Positions 7,349 through 16,240 of a stretch of DNA of 25,366 nt are shown here, piece after piece; position 1 is the first letter of the stretch; each line of letters starts with the position of its first letter. The notes under the pieces are model-generated. The model searched no databases. It had not been told where the DNA came from and worked only from the letters and a program-made list of their open reading frames with translations. Made by a program: the position numbers and the translations under genes. Source of the DNA: a virus (Duplodnaviria; Caudoviricetes); IMG/VR virus record IMGVR_UViG_3300026007_000006, positions 1 through 25,366 of that record, one strand, 5' to 3'.

Positions 7349-9286
7349 ATGCCTACAATTATTCAAGGCGAGCCAGGAACTCAGTCATTTGATGATCCTA
7401 ATAAGACTTATGACTATGAGTATCCAGAAGGTCTTGATCTTAGTCCTACTTCAGAGTTGTCAAAGAAGTTGGTTAATAAGATTCTGGAAAGGGCAAGAAC
7501 TAGTCAAAACTACATGAGTAGGCGACATAAGTCTTGGAATAAGATAGATGAGACTTTATCTGTGTATACTCCTCTTGATGAAGAAGAGCTAAAGTCTGTA
7601 GCTAAGGATGATAGGAAACCTGTGAGTATTGTGTTTCCCTACTCTCATGCTATACTGGAATCTCTCATCAGCTATATGCTAGCTGCGTTTTATCAGACTC
7701 CTGTATTTGAATATGAAGGGCATGGTCCTGAAGATGTCATAGGAGCCACTCTTATGACTAAGGCTGTGGACCTCCACTGTACGAGAACCAAAGTGGCGTT
7801 AGCCTTGCATACTATGTTCAGGGATGCCTTTGCCTACGGCTTAGGAATCACTGTGGCTTCCTGGAAGACCGAACATGGTCTTGTGTATAGAAAGCAGAAG
7901 AAAGGTTTTCTGTCGGCTATATCTGGAGGATTTCGTCAAACTGGAGAGGCTAAGGTAGAGGAAGAAGCCCTCCTTTTTGAGGGAAATTACTTGATCAATA
8001 TAGATCCGTATAAAGCTCTCTTGGACCCCAACGTCCCTATTCAAAATTTTCAGGAAAGCGAGTTTTTTGGTTGGGTGGAGAATACTAACAAGATGACTAT
8101 CCTTAGCGAGGAGGCATCTTCTGATGAAGATATCTTTAATGCCCGCTATTTGAATCACATGAGGAATGCGCGAACTGCTATCATGGATCGGGACTCCTCG
8201 AAAAGGGAAGTGCGTTTCGGCGGCAAGCCTGATGATAATAGTTCCAGTACTAACCCTGTTGACCGCATCCATATGTATGTCAACTTGATTCCGAAAGAGT
8301 GGAAGCTTGGTGATAGTGAGTATCCGGAGAAGTGGTACTTCCAAGTTGCTGGCGATGGGCTGTTGCTTCAAGTTAAGAGATTAGGTCTTGGGCATAATAA
8401 GTATCCTGCAGCAGTATGTGCACCAGACTATGATGGCTATAGCACGTCTCCTATCTCAAGACTTGAAATGCTGTTTGGGCTTCAAGGAACTTTGGACTGG
8501 TTGTTTAATGTGCATATAGCTAATGTCCGTAAAGCTGTCAACGACATGTTTGTGTATGATCCTTATATGATTAATAGTAGGGACCTAGAAAATCCCCACA
8601 ACGGGTGGTTGATTAGAACTCGTCGTCCAGTCTGGGGTAAAGGGGTGAAGGATGCCATCCAGCAGCTTAACGTAAACGATATCACTCGTCAGAATATTGG
8701 AGACTCTTCTTGGGTAGTCCAGTGGATGCAAAAGATAGGGTCAACTGATGGCTCTATTATGGGCGACATGAGGCAAGGCGGCCCTGATCGACTTACTGGA
8801 GCGGAATACCAAGGGACAAAGCAAGGAGGCTTGAATCGCTTAGAGAGGATGGCTAAGATTATAGGTCTTCAGGCGATGCAAGATATAGGCTACTTTTTCG
8901 CTTCGCACACTCAGCAGTTGATGACGCAAGAGTCTTATATTCCTATTTTAGAGGGTTGGACTCAAGTGTTACTCAAAGAGATGAAACAATCTCGTGGGCG
9001 TGTTAAGATTTCCCCGATGGATCTTCTTGTTGGTTTCGATGTAAAGGTTAGAGATGGGTCTATTCCTGGAGGAAACTATTCGGCTGTTTGGGAAAAGATG
9101 TTCCAGACTATAGCCACTGTTCCAGAACTTCATGATCAGTTTGATTTGGTTAAAATCTTTAAACACATAGCGCGTAACAACGGTGCTAAGAATGTAGAAG
9201 AGTTTACGAAAATTCAAGTATTGCCCGATGAGCAGGTTTTGCAACAAGCTCAGCAAGGTAACCTTCGTCAAGTAGGAGAGGCATAA
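7349..9286 (+). CDS. Portal protein (podovirus-type)
   Basis: 645 aa, located after TerL and before scaffold and capsid. FRDAFAYGLG and IDPY...DP segments, and a RLTGAEY...RLERMAK helix, are typical of P22/T7-like portals. Confidence 0.8.
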   Translation: MPTIIQGEPGTQSFDDPNKTYDYEYPEGLDLSPTSELSKKLVNKILERARTSQNYMSRRHKSWNKIDETLSVYTPLDEEELKSVAKDDRKPVSIVFPYSHAILESLISYMLAAFYQTPVFEYEGHGPEDVIGATLMTKAVDLHCTRTKVALALHTMFRDAFAYGLGITVASWKTEHGLVYRKQKKGFLSAISGGFRQTGEAKVEEEALLFEGNYLINIDPYKALLDPNVPIQNFQESEFFGWVENTNKMTILSEEASSDEDIFNARYLNHMRNARTAIMDRDSSKREVRFGGKPDDNSSSTNPVDRIHMYVNLIPKEWKLGDSEYPEKWYFQVAGDGLLLQVKRLGLGHNKYPAAVCAPDYDGYSTSPISRLEMLFGLQGTLDWLFNVHIANVRKAVNDMFVYDPYMINSRDLENPHNGWLIRTRRPVWGKGVKDAIQQLNVNDITRQNIGDSSWVVQWMQKIGSTDGSIMGDMRQGGPDRLTGAEYQGTKQGGLNRLERMAKIIGLQAMQDIGYFFASHTQQLMTQESYIPILEGWTQVLLKEMKQSRGRVKISPMDLLVGFDVKVRDGSIPGGNYSAVWEKMFQTIATVPELHDQFDLVKIFKHIARNNGAKNVEEFTKIQVLPDEQVLQQAQQGNLRQVGEA

Positions 9287-9287
9287 C

Positions 9288-9557
9288 ATGGCCCTGTCAG
9301 CAGAAGAGTTTCGTCGTGAGATGTCTGGTCAGTTTTGGCAAGAGCTTGCTGCTGAACTGAATGTTTGGATAGAGGATCTTCGCTCCTTGTTAGAGGATCC
9401 TGAAATGGACACACAGATTAAAGACGTTCACCAAGCGCAAGGATCGTTGAGGGCAGTTAGGAATATGTTGAATCTTCCTACTGTTCTTATGGAAGCAAAG
9501 GAAGAGGAAGAAATTCAATTAGCCCGGGAGAAAGAAAAGGAGAATGAAGATGGCTGA
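9288..9557 (+). CDS. Small helical hypothetical protein between portal and scaffold
   Basis: SD AGGAG; 89 aa; QAQGSLRAVRNMLNLP motif; typical post-portal position. Confidence 0.7.
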   Translation: MALSAEEFRREMSGQFWQELAAELNVWIEDLRSLLEDPEMDTQIKDVHQAQGSLRAVRNMLNLPTVLMEAKEEEEIQLAREKEKENEDG

Positions 9558-10455
9558 GGAAAATGAAAAGAGTGAAATTGATCTGTTTTTGGATGGTGCT
9601 GCTGATCCTGAAGAGGACAACCTCGACAATGATGATGAGTTCTTTGGTCGGACGCAGGGTGTAGAGGCAGATGATGGTGAGGAAGAAGATACTCCTTCTC
9701 CTTCTCCTGATGCTGATGCTGATGCTGATGAGGATGCTGGTGACAAGGATACTCCTCCTGCTGGAGATATTCCTGCTGCTGAAGAAGGTGACGAAAAGAC
9801 TCCTCCGGAAAAGGATGAGCCTTCTGACGAGCCGGATGAACTGGCGACTCTCCGTGAGCAGAATGCCAAACTCCTGGAACGTATTGAAGGGTTGACTCCT
9901 ACTGAAGCCAAGCCTCCGAAAGAAGGAGAAGATGTTCCTACTCCAACTCCTCAAGCAGCCCCTGGGGAGCCTATGGACTTTATTGGGGATGAAGATCTTG
10001 ATGACATCCTTGCGGACAAAGACAAGTTCAATGGCGTCTTGACCAAGATTGTAACTACCTCGATGGAGAACATTCTTCGTTCTATGCCTCAGGTAGTAAA
10101 CGCTCAAGTCAAGCAGCAGCAAACTTTTCAGACTTACGTAGATGAGTTCTACAAAGAGAACGAGGACTTAGCGCCTGTGCGAAAAACTGTTGGAGCGGTC
10201 GCGAATGAAGTTCATAGTGAACATCCCGACTGGAAGCTCAATCAGATTTTTGAAGAGACGGCTGCGAGAACTCGAAAGATGTTGGGGCTGAAGGCTAAAG
10301 CTCTAGGGAAGGGTGAGGATACTCCTTCTGTAGAAGAGCCTTCTCCGGCATCAAGTCAGAAAAAACCTGCTCTTCCTGGTACCCAACGTGGGCAGAAAGG
10401 GAAGGGTAGTGTGCCCCTGACAGGCCAAAGCAAGCATATTTCCGATGTACTTTAA
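9550..10455 (+). CDS. Capsid scaffolding protein (putative)
   Basis: Highly acidic, Pro-rich disordered N-terminus, a coiled coil, and a basic C-terminus; directly upstream of the major capsid gene. SD AAGGAG favours ATG 9550. Confidence 0.7.
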   Translation: MAEENEKSEIDLFLDGAADPEEDNLDNDDEFFGRTQGVEADDGEEEDTPSPSPDADADADEDAGDKDTPPAGDIPAAEEGDEKTPPEKDEPSDEPDELATLREQNAKLLERIEGLTPTEAKPPKEGEDVPTPTPQAAPGEPMDFIGDEDLDDILADKDKFNGVLTKIVTTSMENILRSMPQVVNAQVKQQQTFQTYVDEFYKENEDLAPVRKTVGAVANEVHSEHPDWKLNQIFEETAARTRKMLGLKAKALGKGEDTPSVEEPSPASSQKKPALPGTQRGQKGKGSVPLTGQSKHISDVL

Positions 10456-10483
10456 TCAACTCTCTTGAAAGGAGACCTGTAAC

Positions 10484-11824
10484 ATGGATGCAGCATTTCT
10501 TGGACAGCGTGGCACTGACGACTGGAGTGATTCCGACTTCCGTCCGAAAGACTGGCGTGAGACTGTTCTTTTCCTCTATCCCAATGGTGATACTCCTCTG
10601 ACCGGCCTGACAGCTCTCATGAAGTCTGAGCGAGCTATGGACCCGGAGTTCTACTGGTTCACAAAAGGTCTGCCCCAGCAGGGTGGGGCCGTCACTGCAA
10701 TCTTCACCGACATCACTGCCTGGCCTGCTGGGTCGACTCCGTATGCTGGTGGAGGTTCTGCTGGAGATACTGTTTACGTCCACGTACCTCTGGCCACTGA
10801 ACAACATTTCCGGGAAGGTCATCTGGTCATGTTGCGCGATGCGAGTGATCCCACTGTCGACGTCATCGGTAAGGTTACCGCAGTTCTGGCCTCGGCAGCC
10901 AATTCTCGCCTCACTGTGAAGTTGCTGGAAGATGACGACAACTCCTCTGCAGGCGACCTCCAGGATTGCGATACCGCTCTGATCGTCGGTAACGCGAATT
11001 CTGAAGGTGCTGGAATGACCGATGCGATTTCCTACGATCCGGTCAAGTACTATAACAAAACCCAGATCTTCCGGAACTCCCTGGAAATCACTCGTACTGC
11101 TCGTCGTACGCGTCTTCGGACCTATGACCAGTACAAGGAAGCCAAGCGGGAATGTCTGCAGCTTCATGCCATGGAGCAGGAGAAAAACTACCTCTGGGGC
11201 ATCATGACTGAGAACACCGGGGACAACGGGAAGCCTGAGCGCACGACCAAGGGTTTGATCAACTGGATTCGTGAAGCAGCTGCTGACGGTGCTACCGTTG
11301 CGGACTACACTCTGGACGATGCGTATGCTGTGGAAGCAGGCATCGGTGGTAAGACCTGGATTCAGGGTGGTGGCGACTGGATGGATAACATCCTGGAGCA
11401 TGTCTTCCGTCACGGTTCAGACGAGCGGATGGCTTTTGTAGGTTCCGGGGTTATCCTGGCAATCAACAAGTTCGTCAAAGCCCAGGCTTCGAGCAAGTTC
11501 GAAATCAACACCAAGACCGGTGCCTACGGGATCAAGGTTACTGAATGGGTAACGCCTTTTGGTGTTGTCTACATGAAGCGCCATCCGTTGTTCTCCTACG
11601 AGGCAACTACTCGGAACTCTATGGTAGTCTTTGACCCGAAGGATTTGCGTTATCGGTACATTGATGACACTACCTTCTATGGCCAGGACGAGAAAAAGGT
11701 CTCTACCTCCGGTGATCGGATTGACGGCACCAAGGAAGAGTTCCTGACTGAGGCTGGCATGGAGTTTCATCATCCTGCAAAATGTGCCTATTTGACCGGA
11801 TTCGGCAGCGATAACGCGGCGTAA
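10484..11824 (+). CDS. Major capsid protein (HK97 fold, SU10/DUF5309-like)
   Basis: 446 aa with NKTQIFRNSLEITRT...EAKRECLQLHAMEQEKNYLWG and TPFGVV motifs. C-ending codon bias suggests high expression. SD AAGGAG; followed by a terminator. Confidence 0.85.
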   Translation: MDAAFLGQRGTDDWSDSDFRPKDWRETVLFLYPNGDTPLTGLTALMKSERAMDPEFYWFTKGLPQQGGAVTAIFTDITAWPAGSTPYAGGGSAGDTVYVHVPLATEQHFREGHLVMLRDASDPTVDVIGKVTAVLASAANSRLTVKLLEDDDNSSAGDLQDCDTALIVGNANSEGAGMTDAISYDPVKYYNKTQIFRNSLEITRTARRTRLRTYDQYKEAKRECLQLHAMEQEKNYLWGIMTENTGDNGKPERTTKGLINWIREAAADGATVADYTLDDAYAVEAGIGGKTWIQGGGDWMDNILEHVFRHGSDERMAFVGSGVILAINKFVKAQASSKFEINTKTGAYGIKVTEWVTPFGVVYMKRHPLFSYEATTRNSMVVFDPKDLRYRYIDDTTFYGQDEKKVSTSGDRIDGTKEEFLTEAGMEFHHPAKCAYLTGFGSDNAA

Positions 11825-11848
11825 TCCACCTGGGCATGCAATGTAATT

Positions 11849-11881
11849 GGGTGGGGAGTTTCCGCTCCCCGCCCTATGTTT
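11849..11881 (+). terminator. Intrinsic terminator after the major capsid gene
   Basis: Stem GGGTGGGGAG / CTCCCCGCCC with loop TTTCCG, followed by TATGTTT. Confidence 0.7.
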
Positions 11882-11896
11882 AAAATTTAAACAAAG
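11874..11896. repeat. Dispersed palindrome copy 4 (CTA-TGTTTAAA-A-TTTAAACA-AAG)
   Basis: Core 11877-11893; overlaps the terminator U-tract and the downstream SD. Confidence 0.9.
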
Positions 11897-11905
11897 GAAA
11901 AACTC

Positions 11906-12142
11906 ATGGCTGATATGACGATAGAAGAGGCAAAACAGGCCAAGGTTGACATGGAGAATGAGATCACTAAGATGATCAAGGACTTCGAAAAGAAAACTGG
12001 GACACGACTTAACTATATGAGCATTGAGCGGGAGAGGCCTAAGAAGTCCTCCAAGAATGATCCTGAAACTGTGATGGAAGACTATAGCTATGATAGTCGT
12101 GACATTGTTACAGTTTCTTTCGAAATGCGCTTTGCTGACTAG
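11906..12142 (+). CDS. Hypothetical protein
   Basis: SD AAGGA; 78 aa, charged. Confidence 0.7.
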   Translation: MADMTIEEAKQAKVDMENEITKMIKDFEKKTGTRLNYMSIERERPKKSSKNDPETVMEDYSYDSRDIVTVSFEMRFAD

Positions 12143-12148
12143 GAGTCA

Positions 12149-12871
12149 ATGATGGACCTTAAAGAAATCAGAAAGAAGTTTGTTGAACTCTCCGGACGTT
12201 ATGACTTAGTTGTAGACACTACGGACTACGAAGACGCTGGTGCTGATTTCTATATCCGCGAAGGTTCAAAGTTCCTGGATCGCCGTGCAGAGATCACAGA
12301 GTCTGAGGCTATTAAGTTTAAGAATGTTAGTGAGGGAGACTTTTACGTAACGTTTGATCTCTGTAGGACCATCCATGAAGTTTGGTTCTATGATGCAGGA
12401 GAGCGGGGGCAATTAAAAGATGCTACAAGAAAAGAGCTTTTAACCAAGTTTCCGAAACTTCTCTCAACCATGGAAACTGGTGTACCGGCCATGTATCTTC
12501 CTATCAATGTTCGAATAGCTGATGGGTCTGACACTCCTCCAATCGGCTTTTTGGAATATGTAGATATTGAAGGAGAAGAGTTGACGGGGATCATCTTCCC
12601 GCCACTCGACCGGGACGGTATCATGAGTATTGTTGGTAAGTTCTATTCTGCAGAACTTGTCAGTAATGCTAGTACAAATTACTGGTCTTCTAATCATTCT
12701 ATGCTGCTTGTCTGGGCGGCATTGTATCATGTTGAAATTTCTTATAGAAATACCGAAGGTGCTAAAGATTGGCTTTCGGCTATTACTTTGCATCTTGACG
12801 ATTTGTTTAAAGATCGTGTTGAGCAAGAATCTGGAACTCTTAAGCAGTTAGGAGGCCGTGATAATGAGTGA
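12149..12871 (+). CDS. Putative head-tail adaptor / tail tubular protein A-like
   Basis: Position after the capsid gene; N-terminal helix pair and C-terminal NYWS...LLVWAALY helix typical of podoviral adaptors. SD AGGAG. Confidence 0.6.
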   Translation: MMDLKEIRKKFVELSGRYDLVVDTTDYEDAGADFYIREGSKFLDRRAEITESEAIKFKNVSEGDFYVTFDLCRTIHEVWFYDAGERGQLKDATRKELLTKFPKLLSTMETGVPAMYLPINVRIADGSDTPPIGFLEYVDIEGEELTGIIFPPLDRDGIMSIVGKFYSAELVSNASTNYWSSNHSMLLVWAALYHVEISYRNTEGAKDWLSAITLHLDDLFKDRVEQESGTLKQLGGRDNE

Positions 12872-13337
12872 GCTTGATAAGATTAAAAGAGCGATTAGAT
12901 TGCTGAATGCTAGAGCGTCTAATCATATGACAGGGGTTGTTCCTCCTGTGCCAGTATTCGGGTATTGTGAGATTCCTGCAGAGAATGGCAAGATTATTGG
13001 GGCCATCCTTCCAGCTGATGGAAAGATTACAAAACTCTGTTTGGGAGTTTCTGAGTATCTGAAGCCGGGGTTGGCCAATTTTACTGTTGGGCTTACCCAG
13101 GATGATACGCTTCAGACTGTTAATTTTTCCACTAGGAAAGATGTTCTGGCGCAGAAGTTGGAGTTGGATGTTAAGGAAGGGGCTGTGATTACTCTGTCAG
13201 TAGAAGACCCTGATATGGTAAAAGGGCTTATGACAAGTTTCTTGTATCAGATAGGTCATAAGGATTCTATTGAAATTAAAATAGATTACAACTCTCTGGG
13301 GATTGGTGATGAAGGAATTCGTCAGCTCATTAGTTAA
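12864..13337 (+). CDS. Hypothetical virion protein (beta-rich)
   Basis: SD AGGAGG 12850-12855 favours ATG 12864; overlaps the adaptor stop. Confidence 0.6.
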   Translation: MSELDKIKRAIRLLNARASNHMTGVVPPVPVFGYCEIPAENGKIIGAILPADGKITKLCLGVSEYLKPGLANFTVGLTQDDTLQTVNFSTRKDVLAQKLELDVKEGAVITLSVEDPDMVKGLMTSFLYQIGHKDSIEIKIDYNSLGIGDEGIRQLIS

Positions 13338-13734
13338 AGAACTGAAAATAGGTCTAAGACCTTTCAGCAATAGGCCTAGAAATGCTGAAGGGTTGTCCGA
13401 AGCTTTCAATCTTGAGCCTAAGGATGAAGGTCTAAGAGCCCACCAGACTGTTGTCTCTATGAATGAAGATAGGGATTGGGGTGAGGAAGAGTTGTATACT
13501 CCTAGTGTAGAGACTAGAGATATTATTCTAGTTGTACGCAACTTCACGGATCTGGTTGAGGTAGAGGGAGCTTCTGTCTATGTGGATGGAGTCCTGGCAG
13601 GTATCGCAGATGAGAATGGTGAAGTAGCTCTTGTCGATGTAGCTGTTGGGGGGCATTCTATAAAAGTCACTGCAACAGGTTTTGTGAATTCTGACGAGGA
13701 CGTTCTTCCTAATAATTACTTTACGGTGGTGTGA
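13309..13734 (+). CDS. Virion protein with C-terminal PEGA/Ig-like domain
   Basis: GASVYVDGVLAG...VAVGGHSIKVTATGF is a PEGA-like pattern; ATG 13309. Confidence 0.6.
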   Translation: MKEFVSSLVKELKIGLRPFSNRPRNAEGLSEAFNLEPKDEGLRAHQTVVSMNEDRDWGEEELYTPSVETRDIILVVRNFTDLVEVEGASVYVDGVLAGIADENGEVALVDVAVGGHSIKVTATGFVNSDEDVLPNNYFTVV

Positions 13735-13910
13735 TGAATACTATTGAGCAAATCAGCGTGCCTGTAAATACAGATCTTCCTCAAACTCAACGTGTGTATG
13801 TTTATGTTTTGTCTTTGGATCATGAACTAGCTCTTAGCAAACTTATAGAAATTAGCGATAGGTTGCATGAGATTATTCATGAAGAACTTCCTGGTCCCTC
13901 TCTTTGGTAA
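13734..13910 (+). CDS. 58-aa hypothetical protein (not in the ORF track)
   Basis: TGATG coupling to the upstream stop; MNTIEQISVPVNTDLPQTQRVYVYVLSLDHELALSKLIEISDRLHEIIHEELPGPSLW*. Its TAA overlaps the TAAGGAG SD of the next gene and it fills the gap exactly. Confidence 0.65.
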   Translation: MNTIEQISVPVNTDLPQTQRVYVYVLSLDHELALSKLIEISDRLHEIIHEELPGPSLW

Positions 13911-13920
13911 GGAGTACAAA

Positions 13921-16203
13921 ATGCGTATTTTTAGTCTGATCCTAACTCTGGTTTTCTTCTGTTCTACTTCTTTTGCGCTGACCTCTGCAGAGGTTTTGGA
14001 ACAGCTTTCAGCAGATAGTGCAATTCTGCATGAAGTTATTCATGGAAGCCCGACAGCAGATGTCACTACTGAGGGCGGAGATGTTCCTACTTTGGCTAAG
14101 GCTATAGCCAAATTATCAGGGTTTAATCCTACTGGAGATTATGCTAACTCGACAGCCTATAATGTTCTCGATCTTGTGGTGGATGCTGCAGATGATGGAG
14201 GAAATGGGGCGGGGACTGTTTATATTGCGCTGTCTAGTTTTACTTCTGGAGATGGTACTGTTGGGCAGACCTTGGCTGATGAGATCGCGGCAGGTCAGTG
14301 GATGGTGCACCAAGGGTTAACGGCGCTGGATGTTTCAGAGGCGGCAGAGTCAGGAAAATTAATTCCCTGGGATGCGGTCAGCGACACTACATCAGCAGGA
14401 AAAATAGTTTCTTGGGATGCAGTAACAGATGTCCCTGAGTCTGGAAAGATTGCAACGTGGGATGGGATGCCTAATGTGGACTCAAGGGAATACGCGACTC
14501 TGCAACTTGCGTTTGACGCCCTTACGGACGGGGACCACCTGGAGATAAACGGTAATTACACCATCACCGAGACACTCACACTGCCTACCGGGACAAGCGG
14601 GTTAACTATTACGCAAGGGTCAGGAATCTTAACGATTGATTGTACCAACTGGGCATCCGCTACATTTAGGGTTATCTATGGAGATGGCTGTGATGACCTA
14701 AAAATCCACGGTATCAAATTTCTTCCCAGTGGAAGGCTTACGAGTGCGACAGGAACCAACCATCGCATTGTGCTGATTGAGAATTCTGATAATGTAAAAA
14801 TAGTTGGGAATACAGTAACAGAGTGGTATCAACCAACGACAGGATACGAGGGCGCTGCAGCTTTTGCTATAAATAATGGGAAGGGGTCTGAGATTTCAGG
14901 GAACTTCTTTCGAAATATTCAGGGTGGTGCAGTATTTACTCAAGCAGGCAATGTAACAATCTCTGATAACATCACAATCGGTTTTGGTGATGGATGCTAT
15001 ATTTTAAATGCTCTGAGGTCCGAATATTCAATTGTAGAAAACAATTACGCTTTTTATGGGCCAAGAAATAATTCAGCAATCGGTCTTGAAAATGTCGGCC
15101 CTGGCAACAAAGTCAGCGGAAACAGGTTGATTGATTCCGCCAAAGGTATTAATCTATTTGACAATGTCGCTAGAGATGTTTACTACACCGATATCCGTAA
15201 TAACTTTATTGCGCAAACTGATAACTATCAGCAGCCGTGGCAACCTGATGTATACTATTACCGCGGACAAACCGTGACTAATGAAGGTAATGTGTATGAG
15301 TGTATTGTTGCGGGGACGTCTGCCTCATCAGGCGGGCCAACAGGTACAAGTGCTGCAGAGATACCTGATAATGAGGTTATTTGGCTTTACAATAATCTGA
15401 CCAATGTTAACTTTGGTATCGGCTCTTCGGCAATGGCGTATTACAATCATACTCGGATCGAGGGTAATCGCGTCATACAGAGAGATGACACAACCAACAG
15501 TAGCTGTATCTATCTTAACGGTAGTGGAGGTGTAGGTACTCATATCGATAATAATGATCTGACTACCATTGGTGCTGACTATGCCCTATTTGCTCAGAAT
15601 TTAGTTGAGTTGACTCTCGGAGACGGAAACGTTTACAGAACTGATTTGAGTGCCCCTAGTGCAAGAGGGATTTGGATTCAGATGTCTGTGGACAAATTGA
15701 GACTTCTTGGGGGGAATTTCCACGATTTTTCCACCACTGCAATACAACTGCAAGGGTCTTATACGGCAGAAGAAATTCTTATTGGTGATGTTAAAGTCCA
15801 CGGGGCAACCACCAATTTAGTCGCCGGAACAGGTTCCCCATTCGGGACGGTTACTGTGGCTCAAGCTGGAGGAGAGTGCCAGCTGTCCACTACACCTGGA
15901 GAGGTGACTCGGACGATCGGAGAAAAACTGCTCAATAGTAATTCCGCAACTCCGAATATAGTAGGCGGTAGTGTATTTCTTCTTAGTAACACTGCTCCGA
16001 CAACTGTCATAGGTTTTGTTGGTAATCCAGTAGAGGGGCAAGAGTACCGATTTAGAATGGGTAACGGGAACACGACTTTTGATTTCTCAGATACGGATTT
16101 ACAAGGGAATGCTGGTATAGACTTAATTCCTACAACTGAAGAAGTTGTTATTTTTAGATATATAGATTCAAAGTGGTATCTAGTATCTTACATAGAGTTA
16201 TAA
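13921..16203 (+). CDS. Tailspike-like right-handed beta-helix protein (putative depolymerase) with N-terminal signal peptide
   Basis: SD TAAGGAG gives ATG 13921 rather than 13867. Signal MRIFSLILTLVFFCSTSFA|; YATLQLAFDAL helix cap; Asn-ladder repeats (VKIVGN, ISGN, ISDN, VENN, IRNN, IEGN, IDNN). Confidence 0.75.
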   Translation: MRIFSLILTLVFFCSTSFALTSAEVLEQLSADSAILHEVIHGSPTADVTTEGGDVPTLAKAIAKLSGFNPTGDYANSTAYNVLDLVVDAADDGGNGAGTVYIALSSFTSGDGTVGQTLADEIAAGQWMVHQGLTALDVSEAAESGKLIPWDAVSDTTSAGKIVSWDAVTDVPESGKIATWDGMPNVDSREYATLQLAFDALTDGDHLEINGNYTITETLTLPTGTSGLTITQGSGILTIDCTNWASATFRVIYGDGCDDLKIHGIKFLPSGRLTSATGTNHRIVLIENSDNVKIVGNTVTEWYQPTTGYEGAAAFAINNGKGSEISGNFFRNIQGGAVFTQAGNVTISDNITIGFGDGCYILNALRSEYSIVENNYAFYGPRNNSAIGLENVGPGNKVSGNRLIDSAKGINLFDNVARDVYYTDIRNNFIAQTDNYQQPWQPDVYYYRGQTVTNEGNVYECIVAGTSASSGGPTGTSAAEIPDNEVIWLYNNLTNVNFGIGSSAMAYYNHTRIEGNRVIQRDDTTNSSCIYLNGSGGVGTHIDNNDLTTIGADYALFAQNLVELTLGDGNVYRTDLSAPSARGIWIQMSVDKLRLLGGNFHDFSTTAIQLQGSYTAEEILIGDVKVHGATTNLVAGTGSPFGTVTVAQAGGECQLSTTPGEVTRTIGEKLLNSNSATPNIVGGSVFLLSNTAPTTVIGFVGNPVEGQEYRFRMGNGNTTFDFSDTDLQGNAGIDLIPTTEEVVIFRYIDSKWYLVSYIEL
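14347..14481 (+). repeat. Three 15-codon repeats in the tailspike neck
   Basis: ESGKLIPWDAVSDTT / SAGKIVSWDAVTDVP / ESGKIATWDGMPNVD. Confidence 0.8.
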
Positions 16204-16240
16204 AGTACGTTTATTAAATCTGCGTTGTTGAGAGGGCCTT

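Noticed and set aside
9694-9738. CCTTCT and CTGATG hexamer repeats
   Set aside because: In-frame low-complexity coding (PSPSPDADADAD) in the disordered scaffold; not a phase-variation tract.
9487-10122. Antisense and alternative-frame ORFs over the scaffold gene (also over the portal and the 1636-aa gene)
   Set aside because: Low-complexity by-products of Glu/Asp/Pro-rich sense coding.
10295-11413. 372-aa antisense ORF opposite the major capsid gene
   Set aside because: Shadow ORF explained by the codon bias of the sense gene; no recognisable motifs and it opposes the operon direction.
11790-11830. Programmed frameshift or read-through extension of the capsid protein
   Set aside because: No slippery heptamer near the TAA stop, and a terminator follows within about 25 nt.
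12804-12811. Half-site TGTTTAAA (another at 22766-22773)
   Set aside because: Inside coding sequence with no second arm; an 8-mer is expected by chance.
13867-13920. Longer tailspike start given by the ORF track
   Set aside because: The strong SD TAAGGAG lies just before ATG 13921, and most of the upstream stretch is occupied by the coupled 58-aa ORF.
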